Of a stretch of 64,000 nt of DNA, positions 1 to 11,092 are shown in pieces. Below the pieces are notes generated by a model that was not told where the DNA came from, ran no database searches, and saw only the letters and a list, made by a program, of their open reading frames with translations. A program made the position numbers and the translations under genes. This DNA comes from Octopus vulgaris (Eukaryota), in NCBI GenBank assembly GCA_951406725.2, contig OX597819.1:59644001-59708000 (forward strand), written 5' to 3'. Numbering within the stretch: the stretch's first letter is position 1; every line of letters begins with the position of its first letter.

Positions 1-21
1 AATACATCTTCTGGTTTCCAG

Positions 22-204
22 TTATAACAAAGATAACCAATGTGAGAAGATTCAAAACCGTCTGAACAAACTAAGAGATAAATTCATCACCGCAGACACA
101 AGTACCACATATTCACTACAGAATTGTCGTAGCACATCTTTGCAGTCAACAACTAACCCTCGCATAGTGCAGAACTTCAAATCAAAACATTCTCTCAGGA
201 TAAA
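22..204 (+). CDS. MTBP: MTBP internal coding exon (first in window; gene begins upstream)
   Basis: tttccag acceptor (AG 20-21), GTAAGT donor at 205. Open frame YNKDNQCEKIQNRLNKLRDKFITADTSTTYS...SLRI. Ends in phase 2 (AA), joining the G at 4806 to give Lys. Resembles the MTBP '..LQSRLIRYETQTTC' segment as recalled. Confidence 0.8.
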
Positions 205-429
205 GTAAGTAATCTTGAATATAGTCCCAAACTCGAGAAATCACTGATGATATTAGTTCTCTGTATTCAGAATTTAAAACAAGAACTAGTTAATATAGAA
301 ACGTCCTTAAGTATGGGCAACATTTTTTTCTATCAGTGAGAGATTACTCATCATGTATTGGGCCACCCCACTAAAAGAATATCTTTGTTTATTTTTTATT
401 TTTTATTGAAAATCCCAAAGAAGGTGAAA

Positions 430-790
430 AGCCACTTAGTGCAAGGAACTATGAAGAAGGAGAAATTAAGACGAAAAGAATAAGTTTACTTTAGACTTGA
501 AAGAGTTCAGGTCATAAGAAGAGGGAAAACAATGAGATGGAAGAGAGTTCCAAAGTCTGGCAGTTCAAGGTAAAAAGTTACAACATAAGAAGACTTTCTT
601 ATTCATGGAAGCACAACAGCATTTGAATGAAGATACTGTGTGTTTTGAGTTAGATGAGATGGCACAAAGTGATCCAGAACTAAGAGAGGAAATTCAACTA
701 AGACTGATAATGTCACATCACTGTGACAAGAGTTGCAGAGTTGAGGCAAGAGAGGAACCAATCAAACTAGAGACTCACTTCTGAACTCAG
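430..790 (-). mobile_element. Decayed CR1/L2-group LINE 3' end
   Basis: Minus strand reads FLP*TARLWNSLPSHCFPSSYDLNSFKSKVN, the typical C-terminus of CR1/L2 ORF2, with stops. Confidence 0.65.
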
Positions 791-2009
791 TTGAGGTAGT
801 ACGTATGTAGTACAAAATGGCATATATTACACTAAGTAAATCATAAAAATTTGATTGAGAGCAGTAGTTCTCAGAATGAAGGAAGAGAAAAATAAAATTT
901 AGTGGTGAAATGTAGAAAGTCAAATATAATAGCTTAGTTTGCATCAAAGCAGTTTGTTTTGTATGTTTTTCAAAGATAACATGGGTTCGATGGATAAATT
1001 TTTGAAGCAATATTTTATTGTTGGATGTCCTTCTTGCCATTAATCCTTGCCTGTTTTTTTTCAAATAAAAGATCTCTTATTGCACACAGCTTCAAAAGTA
1101 CAAAACAAATAGACAATTTGTTGACAGAGGAAATGACAAGATCACTGCTTGTAGCTCAGCAATTTTGAAGAAGTAAAAATGTAAACAAACAAGCACATAT
1201 ATACACACATGAATGCATGTGTGTGTACACACACACGTTTATATATATCTCAAGCTTCTTTCAATCAAATCTGTCTTTCAAATCCCCTCAACAAGCCTGT
1301 GGCTGTAGAAGACACTTGCTCAAGATACTGCACAGCAGGCTGGTCCCCATAATCTGTGTATGTGTGTGTACACACATATACACCCGTATATATGTGTGTG
1401 TGTGTAAGCTTGTATGTATATGTATGTTGAGTGGTTGGTTTTAGGAAGGGCACCCAGCTATAAAGACAGTCACAGAAGTCTCGTACAGGCTTCAGCCTGA
1501 CCGGCTTTTGTGATACCGTCCCAGCTATGATAGCATGGAACATGGACGTTTAATGATGATGATGATGATGGCGATATATGCATATACTAAGACTGGTCCA
1601 GAAATTTTTAAAGGAAAAGGTAAAATAATAATCGCTATGCTGAATTGAATCAGCATACAATTGATTCTTACTTCCTCGGGAAGTAGATGAAAATAAAGGG
1701 CAAAGTTAACTCTGATGGTCGAAATTGATTAAATTAACAGAGTCTGACCTCAAAATTGTGTTACAAAAATTTTAATTAAGAAAAAATATTCTATCTATAT
1801 ATTATGTAATCATGACATTACCATACAAAAATCGTCTTAAAAAGTTGCATGAAGTCTAAATGCTGCAGATTGCTCATACCTCCTCTAACTGGTCACAACC
1901 TCTGAATATGCAAAACCCTGAACACTGTTTGTGCTAATTATTTATGCATAGTATTTTTGTTTCTGTTACTTCTTGTAATGATGATCAATGCTATCTTATT
2001 GATTTATTA

Positions 2010-2390
2010 GTGGAAGCACAATGGCCCAGTGGTGAGGGCAGTGGACTCGCAGTCGTAGGATTGCAGTTTTGATTCGCAGACCAGAGCGTTGTGAGTGTTT
2101 ATTGAGCAAAAACACCTAAAAGCTTTACGAGGCTTCAGTAGTGGGTGGTTGCGACCCTGCTGTACTCTTTCACTATAACTTTCTCTCACTCTTTCTTCCT
2201 GTTTCTTTTGTACTTGTATTTCAAAGGGCCAGCCTTGGTGAACTCTGTGTCACGCTGAATCTCCCCGAGAACTATATTAAGGGTACACGTGTCTGTGGAG
2301 TGCTCAGCCACTTACACATTAATTTTACAAGCGGGCTGTTCCATTGATCGGATCAACTGGAACCCTCGTCGTAACCGACGGAGTGCCACA
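2010..2390 (+). mobile_element. tRNA-derived SINE (head type C, tail type 1)
   Basis: A-box-like TGGCCCAGTGG, B-box-like GTTTTGATTC; ends GACGGAGTGCCA. The same head recurs on the minus strand at ~52420-52600. Confidence 0.8.
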
Positions 2391-3115
2391 AATTTGTTTA
2401 ACCTCTGTATTTGTCTAACTTACTTAACCAAAAATGTCAATGTATGTACTAAGCTAGTGTGTATAGTGATAAAAGGATTCTATTCTAATTATAGTTTATA
2501 GCTTAGTCTAAGTCAGTAGTTTCCAAGCAAGGTGTCATGACATCCTGCAGTGTTGTAGACAGTAATTAAGAGTTTTGCAGATTTTTACATTTAAATAGCA
2601 CAAACAGCATCATCATTGTTGCTGTTTTAGTGTCCACTTTTTCATGCTTGCATGGGTTGGATGGAGTTTGTTGAGGCACATTTTCTGCAACTAGATGCCT
2701 TTCCTGCTCCCAATCCTCACCTGTTTCCCCTCAGTTTATTAACCCTGGTCAAACCGTCCAACTCTTGGACAATGGACATTAATGATGATGATGATGATCA
2801 TCATCATTTAATGTCCTCCTTCCATGCGTGTATGGGTTGGATGGATTGATAGGAGCTGGCCAGGTAGGAGCCTGCACCAGACTGCTGTGTCAGTTTTGGC
2901 ATGTTTTTTACAGCTAGATACCCTTCCTAAATTCTTGATGCCTTTTGTAGGTTGATGATTATAATTCACAATTTGCACACCAAGAGTGTCTTTTTCCTTA
3001 AAGATAGAGAGGTAGGATGGCTTGGTCACAGAAAGTCCTGGAGATTCTTATGTAAGACCTACAAGTGAACATTTAGCTATTCCAGCTGGCCTATCAAATA
3101 ATTTTTTAATTTATT

Positions 3116-3330
3116 AAGGCAGCAAGCTGGCAGGACCGTTGATATGCTGGGCAAAATGCTTAGCAGCATATCATCCCTCTTTACATTCTGAGTTCAAATT
3201 CTGCCAAGGTCAACTTTGCCTTTAATTCTTTCAGGGTTGATAAAGTAAGTACCAGTTAAACACTGAGGTTGATGTAATTGACTTAGCCCCTACCTCAAAA
3301 TTGCTGGCCCTGTGCCAAAATAGAAATCAA
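3116..3330 (+). mobile_element. tRNA-derived SINE family A (Meta/MESC-like central domain), representative copy
   Basis: GAGTTCAAATT B box and CTTTGCCTTTCATCC...GATAAA..AAGTACCAGTT core. Further copies at ~13271-13490(+), 29063-29280(+), 37730-37910(-), 49980-50165(-), 50180-50397(-), 54490-54660(+). Confidence 0.8.
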
Positions 3331-3504
3331 TAATTTTTATTGTATTCATTGAGGAAGCACCACATTGTATGGGGTACATATAGTCTTTGTTCCCTATCTA
3401 CAAGGGTATTATCTATAACCTATTAAGGCACTTTTATATCTTAGAAATTGAAGGGTAGTTCAGATTAATTTCATTATGCTTGCATTTGAAACATTAAACT
3501 TGAG

Positions 3505-3627
3505 CAGAGCTGGCCAACATCTCTAATTTGATTATTTGACTATTAGTGCATAAAGTATACAAGCAGCCCTCAAAAAACTTTCTGTGATTAAAGTGGCCCT
3601 CTATGTAATTTGAGCTGGCCAGTCCTG
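3505..3627. mobile_element. hAT-type MITE with perfect 8-bp target-site duplication
   Basis: TSD AACTTGAG at 3497-3504 and 3628-3635. Imperfect TIRs CAGAGCTGGCCAAC / GCTGGCCAGTCCTG. Confidence 0.8.
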
Positions 3628-4805
3628 AACTTGAGTGTAATATGTAAAGCATGTTAAAGAAAGTAGTTACACAGAACAGTAGTTCTCAGAATGAAGGATT
3701 GTATGTATTATGAGACAGAATATGTGGTGAAATGTAGCGAACTTGACATAACAACTTAGTTTGAATCAATGCAGAGTACAGCAGCAAAGTTCTGATTTGT
3801 AAAGTACATTTATAGTAATTATAGTACACAAGTAAAGAAAGCATACAACATAATAATGATGTCACATTGAAGTGGGAGAAGGGGTCTTCCCACTAAGGAA
3901 TGGTTTATTTATCAAACTGATCATTTTTTCCCTAAATGCAGTTCAAACTAGAAATTATCAAAATAGGTCCTCTATCCTGGATATAAGAACAGTACTTCAT
4001 AGTCATCATCACCATTAAATGTCTGTTTTTCATGTTTTCATGCTGGCATGGGTTGGATAGATTGACAGGAGCTGGCATGACCAGGGGCCACACCGGGTTC
4101 CATAGTCTGTTTTGGTTTAGTTTCTGCAGCTGGATGTCCTTCCTAACACCAGCCACTTTACAGATTATACTAGGTACTTTTTACGTGGTACCTTCACCAG
4201 TGCTTTTTATGTGATACAATCATCAGTGCTTTTTATGTGCCACCGTCACCAGGGTTTTTTACATGGTGCAAGTTGTATTTTAGCCTTATAGAAGAGAGAC
4301 TGGTTCATACATACACCGTTTCTTGACTTTATTTAATCCAAACTTTGTGAGTAAAATCATATGAAATTTATACTTCTGCTACATGACAAACAGCATCACT
4401 GGTAGAGTGTTTAATATTTATCAGTAATGGTGTCATGGTTAAGTCCATTGGTTACACTCTGTAATGTGGTTGGCATATGAATGGAAAGGACCCTTTAGTC
4501 TTACCGAGGACATGACAACTTCTCAACTGTGAAAATGTACCAAGGGGTTGATGACAGAAAGAGCAGCTGGCCATTGAGACCTAACTGAAAATGAAATGTA
4601 TGAGTAGACACCATCCTCCAACCTGTCTAGGAAGAGAGTAACACTGAATAAGAACTGACTTGGTCCATAACAACCCATGCTTGCATGGAAAATGGAAAGT
4701 GAGCATTAGCTCATGATGATAATGGGTGGGGAGCATCAACAAGCATCATTGCTGTTGGGGTTATTTTTTCATGAAAATTAAGCCTTTTTTTTTCTCTAAT
4801 CATAG

Positions 4806-5064
4806 GCGAAATGCTGTTGCCAGCTTGGAAAACCGAAGCATGTCTGACCCAAAATTACAAGACTCAAGAAATGCAAAACAAAAGAAATTATCCCATGTGA
4901 TGACAAGACATATGTCTGCCAAAGAGCTTGTAGAAACATCACCAAATGCTACAGGAGAACAGTTCAAAAACAGGTCTCTTGTAAAATCCAGCAAAGAACC
5001 AATTCAGGCCACCGATAATGAATTGAAGAAGAAAAAAGTGTCTCGTTCAGAACGACATAAACAG
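4806..5064 (+). CDS. MTBP: MTBP coding exon (basic, low-conservation linker ending KKKKVSRSERHKQ)
   Basis: Polypyrimidine tract plus catag acceptor; CAG|GTATGT donor. Lies inside ORF 4726-5187. SRSERHKQ matches the start of the MTBP C-terminal domain (human ESRSQKHTR, recalled). Confidence 0.88.
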
Positions 5065-6481
5065 GTATGTAGTCTCATAGAATTTGTGAAAATGGTAAAA
5101 GGTTGGAGTGTGTCCTTTATGTTTCACTACCATTTTAAAGTTCTTATTCTATCAGAATTAGAATCAACTTCAATGTTCATTACTTGAGTGATCATAAAAC
5201 TGGGAGAGGGGTTTAAATCTTAAACAGTTCAAAACTTGGCAACAGCTACTGCCCTGGTATAAGAATACTCTCTCTCTCTCTCTCTCTCTTGTTTTTCTGC
5301 AGTTGATGTTTTTTAGGAAAAAGTGGGAAGAGGGTTGCAATTCTAAAGATAGAGACTTGGATAGTGTGTGGTTTTTAAGGATAAACATAAAAGGAAAGAA
5401 GAGATGTGTGGTTTGGGTGGTGAGTGGAAGAAAGGTTATAAGTCTTAGTAAAAGAAATACTATACAGTACTCCAGTGTGTTAGTGGTTGAAGGGTTGGTA
5501 AGTAAAGTTTTGTTGACAGGTACTTCTAGAATGTTTACATGTGTGTGTGAGTGACTTAGTAGTGATTGTTCTTTCTGAGATAGATATATATTTCTCCAAT
5601 GTAGAGTGAATCAGTCTCTTATTGGGTGTCAACAATGTTCAAAATTGAAATGTATTTTTTCTAGTCGTGTAGAGGACTCTGATAGATGGGATACAATTTT
5701 GGTTATAATTTGTTGGTGTGGATAATGTATTAGTGTATCTCAGGCAACATGATTAGAGTATTGTATACTAAGACAGCAAGGTAACACCTTTAGTAGGAGA
5801 GGTTAGGAAGGTAGGTGAAGGGGGAAGCTGAAATATTATAACTGAATGAATTAAAGAAAATTGAAAGAAGGTAAAACAAGATAAAAAAGGGTAGAATGAG
5901 GTTTAATTTTTGTGATAGATTTAAGGATTTTTGTGATTTAAAGGTTTTTAAAGTTTTAAGATTTGAATAGTTTCAAAACATTCATGGATGTAAGAGGTAA
6001 AGGATAGATAAAAAAATATATAAAGATTTTATGGGTATGGAAGTGGATAGGTAGATATGAGTGACCCTCACAAACTTTACATAATATCAAGACAAGACAT
6101 ACAAATATATACACCTTCTATATATGTGTGTGTATTACTATGGATGCTTCACCCTACATGCATTATATGTGCTACTAATAGTTTATATATAGTAAATAAA
6201 AAACAAAGAACAAACAAGAAAAAAACAACAATATGAGGATGTGGTACATGCAAAGTATTATGTACTACATCCTTGCGTTGTATTTTTCTTGTGTTCTTCG
6301 GTTTTTGTTTTTTTTTTGATTTACTATTTACTGTACGTTCATACAGACCCCTGGCCTTCCAACTGACTTTGGGGTACCTAATTTGCGGAATTCTTTCTGC
6401 CATCTGATTACATTACCTTGTTCATTCAGCAAACACCATTTCTGCACCTTGATTGTGAACCATTATATATATATATAATCC

Positions 6482-7031
6482 TTGGCATCAAATGGCAGAA
6501 TCATGTCCCCAACAAAGATGTCCTCAAGCAAGCAGGGATACCAAACATGTTTGCACTCCTTATACAGACGTATGAGATGGCTGGGATATGTTAGGCGTAT
6601 GGAAGATGGCAGAATCCCCAAGGACATACTCTACGGAGAGCTTGCTAAGAGCACTAAGTCTGTGGAAGACCGTTCTTACAATACAAGGATGTTTGCAAAA
6701 GGGACATGAAGGCCTGCAACATCAATATTAGCAACTGGGAAACAGTTGCCAGCAACCATGGAGATTGGCGACATACTGTAAAAGAGGGAACACAAAGGAG
6801 TGACAGAGAGAGAGAGGAGAAATGGAAAGACAAGAAAAGACGTCAACAAGAAACTATGACATTACAACCAGCCAGGCAAAGTCTTCGCTACATTTGCAGC
6901 ACCTGCCAGAGGGAGTGTTTGTCCAGGATAGGACTACACAGCCACAGCAGGAGATTTAGGACATGAAATGTAAAAGCCGGACTAGATTATTTTATGCGCA
7001 ACTCCATTGTCTCCCGAGACAAAAGGGATGC

Positions 7032-7040
<9 letters not shown>
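6482..7040 (+). mobile_element. RTE-clade (BovB-like) LINE 3' fragment with frameshifts
   Basis: RRMRWLGYVRRMEDGRIPKDILYGEL, W..VASNHGDWR, and C2H2 finger YICSTCQRECLSRIGLHSHSRR. 3' hairpin GTCTCCCGAGAC and (CAA)n tail. Confidence 0.9.
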
Positions 7041-7073
<33 letters not shown>

Positions 7074-7251
7074 TACGATGGGATTTTTTCAGTTTCCATC
7101 TACCAAATCCACTCATAGAGCATTGGTTGGCTTTAGCTATAATAGGAAACACTGACCCAAGGCATTGTACAGTAAGACTAAACTCAAAACCGTGTGATTG
7201 ACAAGCAAACTACTTAACCATAAAGCCATGCCCTCACCTGGTCAAATAAAC

Positions 7252-7468
7252 ATTAATCCTTTCGTTACCAACCTGACTGGAACCAGCTCTGGCTCTGAGT
7301 ACAAATGTCTTGTTTTCATAAGTTTTGAATTAAAATCTTCCACCAAACCTTAGTCACAATTTATGTTCCTAACACTAGCTAAGTTATTTTACCAAATTCT
7401 TTGTTATATTTAAAGTAATTGAAAGAAACACAGAACATCTCAAAATAAATACTGTAGTGAAAGGGTTA
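7252..7468. mobile_element. piggyBac-type MITE family 1 (TTAA flanks, CCCTTTCGTTAC-like TIR)
   Basis: TTAA-TCCTTTCGTTAC ... GTAGTGAAAGGG-TTAA. Related copies at ~12702-13178 (SINE-interrupted), 16604-16830, 18301-18530, 54447-54830 (SINE-interrupted). Confidence 0.75.
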
Positions 7469-8267
7469 AAGACAACTCTGTCAATTTGTCTAGTATGCTA
7501 GCGTGCTGACAATTCAACTAGCTGGTACCCTGTAATATAAGAAACAATATAGTCTGAAGTCACATAATTGTCTTTTCTCATTCATCACTCATGTAAAAGG
7601 ACTTCATGTATGTATAAAGGAAAAAAATTGATATTTATTATCTTGAATTATAAATGGCTCAGATGAGTTTCACATTTCTGCATTCAAATTTTCAGAAGCA
7701 ATAAAATAATGGTAATAGGCTTGAATTAAGCCAATGAATTGTATCTCCTTTCAACATAAAACAAATTAACTGTTATTCCTAATGGTCAAGTATTGACCAT
7801 GTAAAATCTGCTGAGCTTAGAAGTTTGAAATTCAAGCTTTGCTAGTGGTATCATTTTACTTCACATGAACAATCAAACTAACTGAAAAGAGGGACCTTCT
7901 TATAAAGGGCAACAAGTACAAAATATCTCTATGCAAATCGGTCAAGTAATTGACCAATTTAATGAAAGCTAGTGTTGAAACACATGAAAGAACTTATTTT
8001 TTCTTTTAAAAAATGAATATATGGCAAAACGATTTTCATTTTTATTCTAGTCACTATTCTGAGTAACTACAAATGTAAATTAACTCTTTCTCCAACACTG
8101 AATCTGATGTTTAACATAATCTTAGTCATTGGTGCATTGTAGTTGTCTGTTTCAAATTTACATTTTGTTTCACTTAGTTGGTAAAATAGTACTCATAATA
8201 TACTAAATTTTGAATCAAACGAGTTTCTTTTCGTATTACAAAATTTGGCTTTGTAACCTAAGAAAAA

Positions 8268-8730
8268 TATTCTTTTCTAATCTTGGCCCAAAATTTTTGG
8301 GGAGGTGGGGCAGTCAATTAGATCAACCCCAGAATGTAACTGATACTTAATTTATCAACCCTGAAAGAATGAAAGGCAAAGTCAACCTCAGCAGAATTCG
8401 AACTCAGAACGTAAAGACAGACGAAATACTGCTAGGTATTTCGCCTGGCATGCTAACGTTTCTGTCAGGTTACTGCCTTAACCTAAGAAAACTATTATTA
8501 ATATTTATATTAAATTAATGTAGTGAGCTGGCAGAATTGTTAGCACATCAGGCAAAATGCTAAACAGCATTTCATCAGTCTTTGTTCTGAGTTCAAATTC
8601 CACCAAGTCAACTTTGCCTTCCATCCTTTCAGAGTCAATAAAATGAGTACCAATTTTGCATTGGGGTTGATGTAATCAACTTGCACCTCTCTTAAAATTG
8701 CTGGCCTTCTGCCAAACTTTGAACCAATAT
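8268..8730. mobile_element. Head-to-head pair of family A SINEs (minus 8268-8480, plus 8519-8730)
   Basis: Both copies carry the family A core in opposite orientations, ~40 nt apart. Confidence 0.8.
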
Positions 8731-8811
8731 TTATATAAATTTAATCAGAAATCTATTTAAAAAACAAAAATAAATTATATTTGCTTAACTGGAATCTTTT
8801 TTCATTTATAG

Positions 8812-8925
8812 AAACTGGAATCAATCGTCAAATATGTTTTAAAGAAAGAAGGTCTTACAGAAAAAGATGAAATATTTTCTTCTTGCTTTCAACGTCTTTA
8901 TAAGGTCACCAAACTTTATGTCATG
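8812..8925 (+). CDS. MTBP: MTBP coding exon, C-terminal (Sld7-like) domain
   Basis: ttcatttatag acceptor, ATG|GTAAAT donor, phase 0/0. KLESIVKYVLKKEGLTEKDEIFSSCFQRLYKVTKLYVM aligns with human [38 protein letters not shown] (recalled). Confidence 0.92.
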
Positions 8926-9126
8926 GTAAATATAGTTTCAAATTCATTTGTATTAATAGAACGTATTCATTGCTTTTATCTTATTTAAATATTACAAATA
9001 AAAAGTTGTTTTTTTTCACTTTTGTGTAACAAATTTTATGAACATGTTTTTGTCAATAGTAGTTTCTTTGAGAAAGGTTTCTATAAAATTATTACTAAAT
9101 AGATTCACTTCAACATGTAAATTTAA

Positions 9127-9177
9127 TTTGTCAAAATATTTTCGTTGCTTTGAAACTGCGACCTGTTCACTGACAAA
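9127..9177 (-). ncRNA. Putative minimal type I hammerhead ribozyme with variant core, inside a small repeat
   Basis: Minus strand: TTTGTCA-GTGAACA-G-GTCGC-agtttcaaa-GCAAC-GAAA-ATAT-T-T-TGACAAA. 7-bp stem I, stem II, palindromic stem III tetramer. Degenerate copies at 11517-11567 and 54183-54233. Confidence 0.55.
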
Positions 9178-9393
9178 ATTCCATGCTGCATCAAAGCTTT
9201 GTGTATACTATAAGATTATACATATATATGTGTGTGAGTATATGTGTTTATATGTTTGTGTGTGCTTGTACATATGTATAGGTTGGTTTATATTTGCATG
9301 TATGTATCTAAGACATTGTATCCATTCACCATTATACTGTGATGCGATGGACATATATATATATATATATATATGTGTATATATATATATATA

Positions 9394-9440
<47 letters not shown>

Positions 9441-9443
<3 letters not shown>

Positions 9444-9517
9444 TGAATTCTCTATTATCACATTCAATGGAAATGATAATGGTTAGCACCCAATGAGAAA
9501 GGAGAATCCATCCCCAA
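9441..9517 (+). pseudogene. Mariner transposase fossil, catalytic region, part left of the LINE insertion
   Basis: K*ILYYHIQWK**WLAPNEKGESIP, equivalent to the mariner (TGDE)KWILY..R..W...GE..P segment. Confidence 0.7.
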
Positions 9518-10896
9518 CACATCACCTGTCAACTATCGCCCAGTCAGTCTCACTAGCTGTATTGCAAAACTGATGGAATCGTGTGTCAGAGAAACACTCT
9601 GGAACTTCTGGAGCTCTCACAGTCTCATCCGACCCTCACAATATGGATTTGTCCCTAACTCCAGCTGCAGTGACCAGCTTGTCGAGTTCCTTGAGGACAT
9701 TACTCAGATCACTGACAGTGGCTCATGGGTGGATGTTGTCTACCTTGACTTTGCTAAGGCTTTCAACTCTGTGCCACACAAAAGGCTTATGGTGAAACTC
9801 TCTGCAATGGGTGTGGGGGATGACCTTTTTAACTGGTTGAAATCCTTCATCCTCAGCCGAAAGGAGGTAGTCACAGTTCTAGGACAGCACTCTACACCAT
9901 ATGAGATGTCATCGGGTGTACCACAGGGATCTGTCCTTGGTCCCCTCCTGTTTGTGGCATACATTAATGACATAGATGCCAGTTTAAAGAATGCCACAGT
10001 ATTGAAATATGCAGACGACATCAAGCTGTACTTTGAAATCAAGAGGACTGATCCTGATGTCTACAACTCTTTCCTGCAATCAGACCTAGACACAATGCAG
10101 CAATGGATCACAGACTGGCAACTGAAACTGGCTGTGGACAAGTGTACCACCATGCATTTTGGGAGAAAAAACCCTGCGTCCACATACTCCCTCCACAACA
10201 CTGATATCAAGAAATCCTCTTGCGAGCGTGACCTAGGCATCACTGTCAGCAGTGATTTGCGTTGGACAAAGCATATCTCTAAAATTGTCAAGAAGGCCGA
10301 GGGTGTCTTGGCATCACTCAGCAAGACTTTTGTTAGCCGCTCTCCAGCCATCTATTTAAAACTGTATACAGCTATGGTACGACCACACTTGGAATTCGCA
10401 TCATCAGTTTGGAATCCCTATCTTGCTCAGAACATTGACCTCCTGGAATCTGTCCAGAGACGTGCAACCAAACGCATACCCTCCATCAGACACCTACCAT
10501 ATTCTGAGCGCCTTGTTTCCCTGGGCATGGATTCACTGAAGCTCCGGCGTCTGGCGACGGACTTGGTAAACACCCACAAAGGTTATCAACCACCTCACCA
10601 ACAACAACACTGAACACCTTTTTGATCTCCATGTGTCTAACACACGTGGACATGCCTACAAAGTCAGAAAACAACACAGCTCCCATGACTTTCGGAAACA
10701 TTTTTTCACGCTCAGGGTTGCTGAAGCGTGGAATAAACTGCCTGCGTCAGTTGTTGACTGCCATGACACTGCATCCTTTAAGGCCCTCATGCTTTCCGAA
10801 ATCCGCCGAAACTACACCTGATTATATATACACTTTAGATGAGTTGTAGTGCACCTGAGCACTGTACACAATTGTTATTATTATTATTATTATTAT
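9518..10896 (+). mobile_element. Young 5'-truncated CR1/L2-group LINE (RT domain, 3' end, (TTA)n tail)
   Basis: NYRPVSLTS, QYGF, YLDFAKAFNSV, GVPQGSVLGPLLF, YADD, RDLG, VRPHLE, LESVQRRATK motifs in ORF 9573-10613. One frameshift near 10578-10580, then TRGH...FFTLRVAEAWNKLP. (TTA)n tail to 10896. Confidence 0.95.
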
Positions 10897-11092
10897 AAAC
10901 CTGGACAACACCCCAAAAAAGTTATGGTTTGTGTCTTGTAGCATATGAATGAAGGGCATTGTTTGTCATAAAGTGTTAAACCAAAATCTAACAGTTAATG
11001 CAAAGAAGTATTGTTAATTAACTGGAAGCATTGCACAAAAATTTACATAAAAAGTACCCATTGTTGGTTAATCATAAAGGAGTGCTCTTATA
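10897..11092 (+). pseudogene. Mariner transposase fossil, part right of the LINE insertion
   Basis: KPGQHPKKVMVCV ... KGIV..KVLNQNLTVNAKKYC ... LHKKYPLLVNHKGVLL, with frameshifts and stops; continues directly from ..GESIP. Confidence 0.75.

Noticed and set aside
2010-2090. tRNA genes at SINE heads (also 18559, 35933, 52530)
   Set aside because: A/B boxes are present, but there is no complete cloverleaf and each continues into a SINE body.
4726-5187. 153-aa ORF as a standalone gene
   Set aside because: Only 4806-5064 is bounded by splice sites and is an MTBP exon; the rest is intron read-through.
5300-6000. Decayed Penelope-like RT on the minus strand (KG..L and P..LY...KIH-like remnants); similar hints at 63220-63460
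   Set aside because: Too degenerate to support without a profile search.
9038-9525. ORF-track proteins rich in YI/CV/SL/TH repeats (also 24257, 39085, 39977, 44146)
   Set aside because: Translations of microsatellites and SINEs, not genes.
9573-10613. RT ORF as a retron, DGR or domesticated gene
   Set aside because: Motifs, 5' truncation, (TTA)n tail and an older relative nearby identify an ordinary CR1/L2-group LINE.
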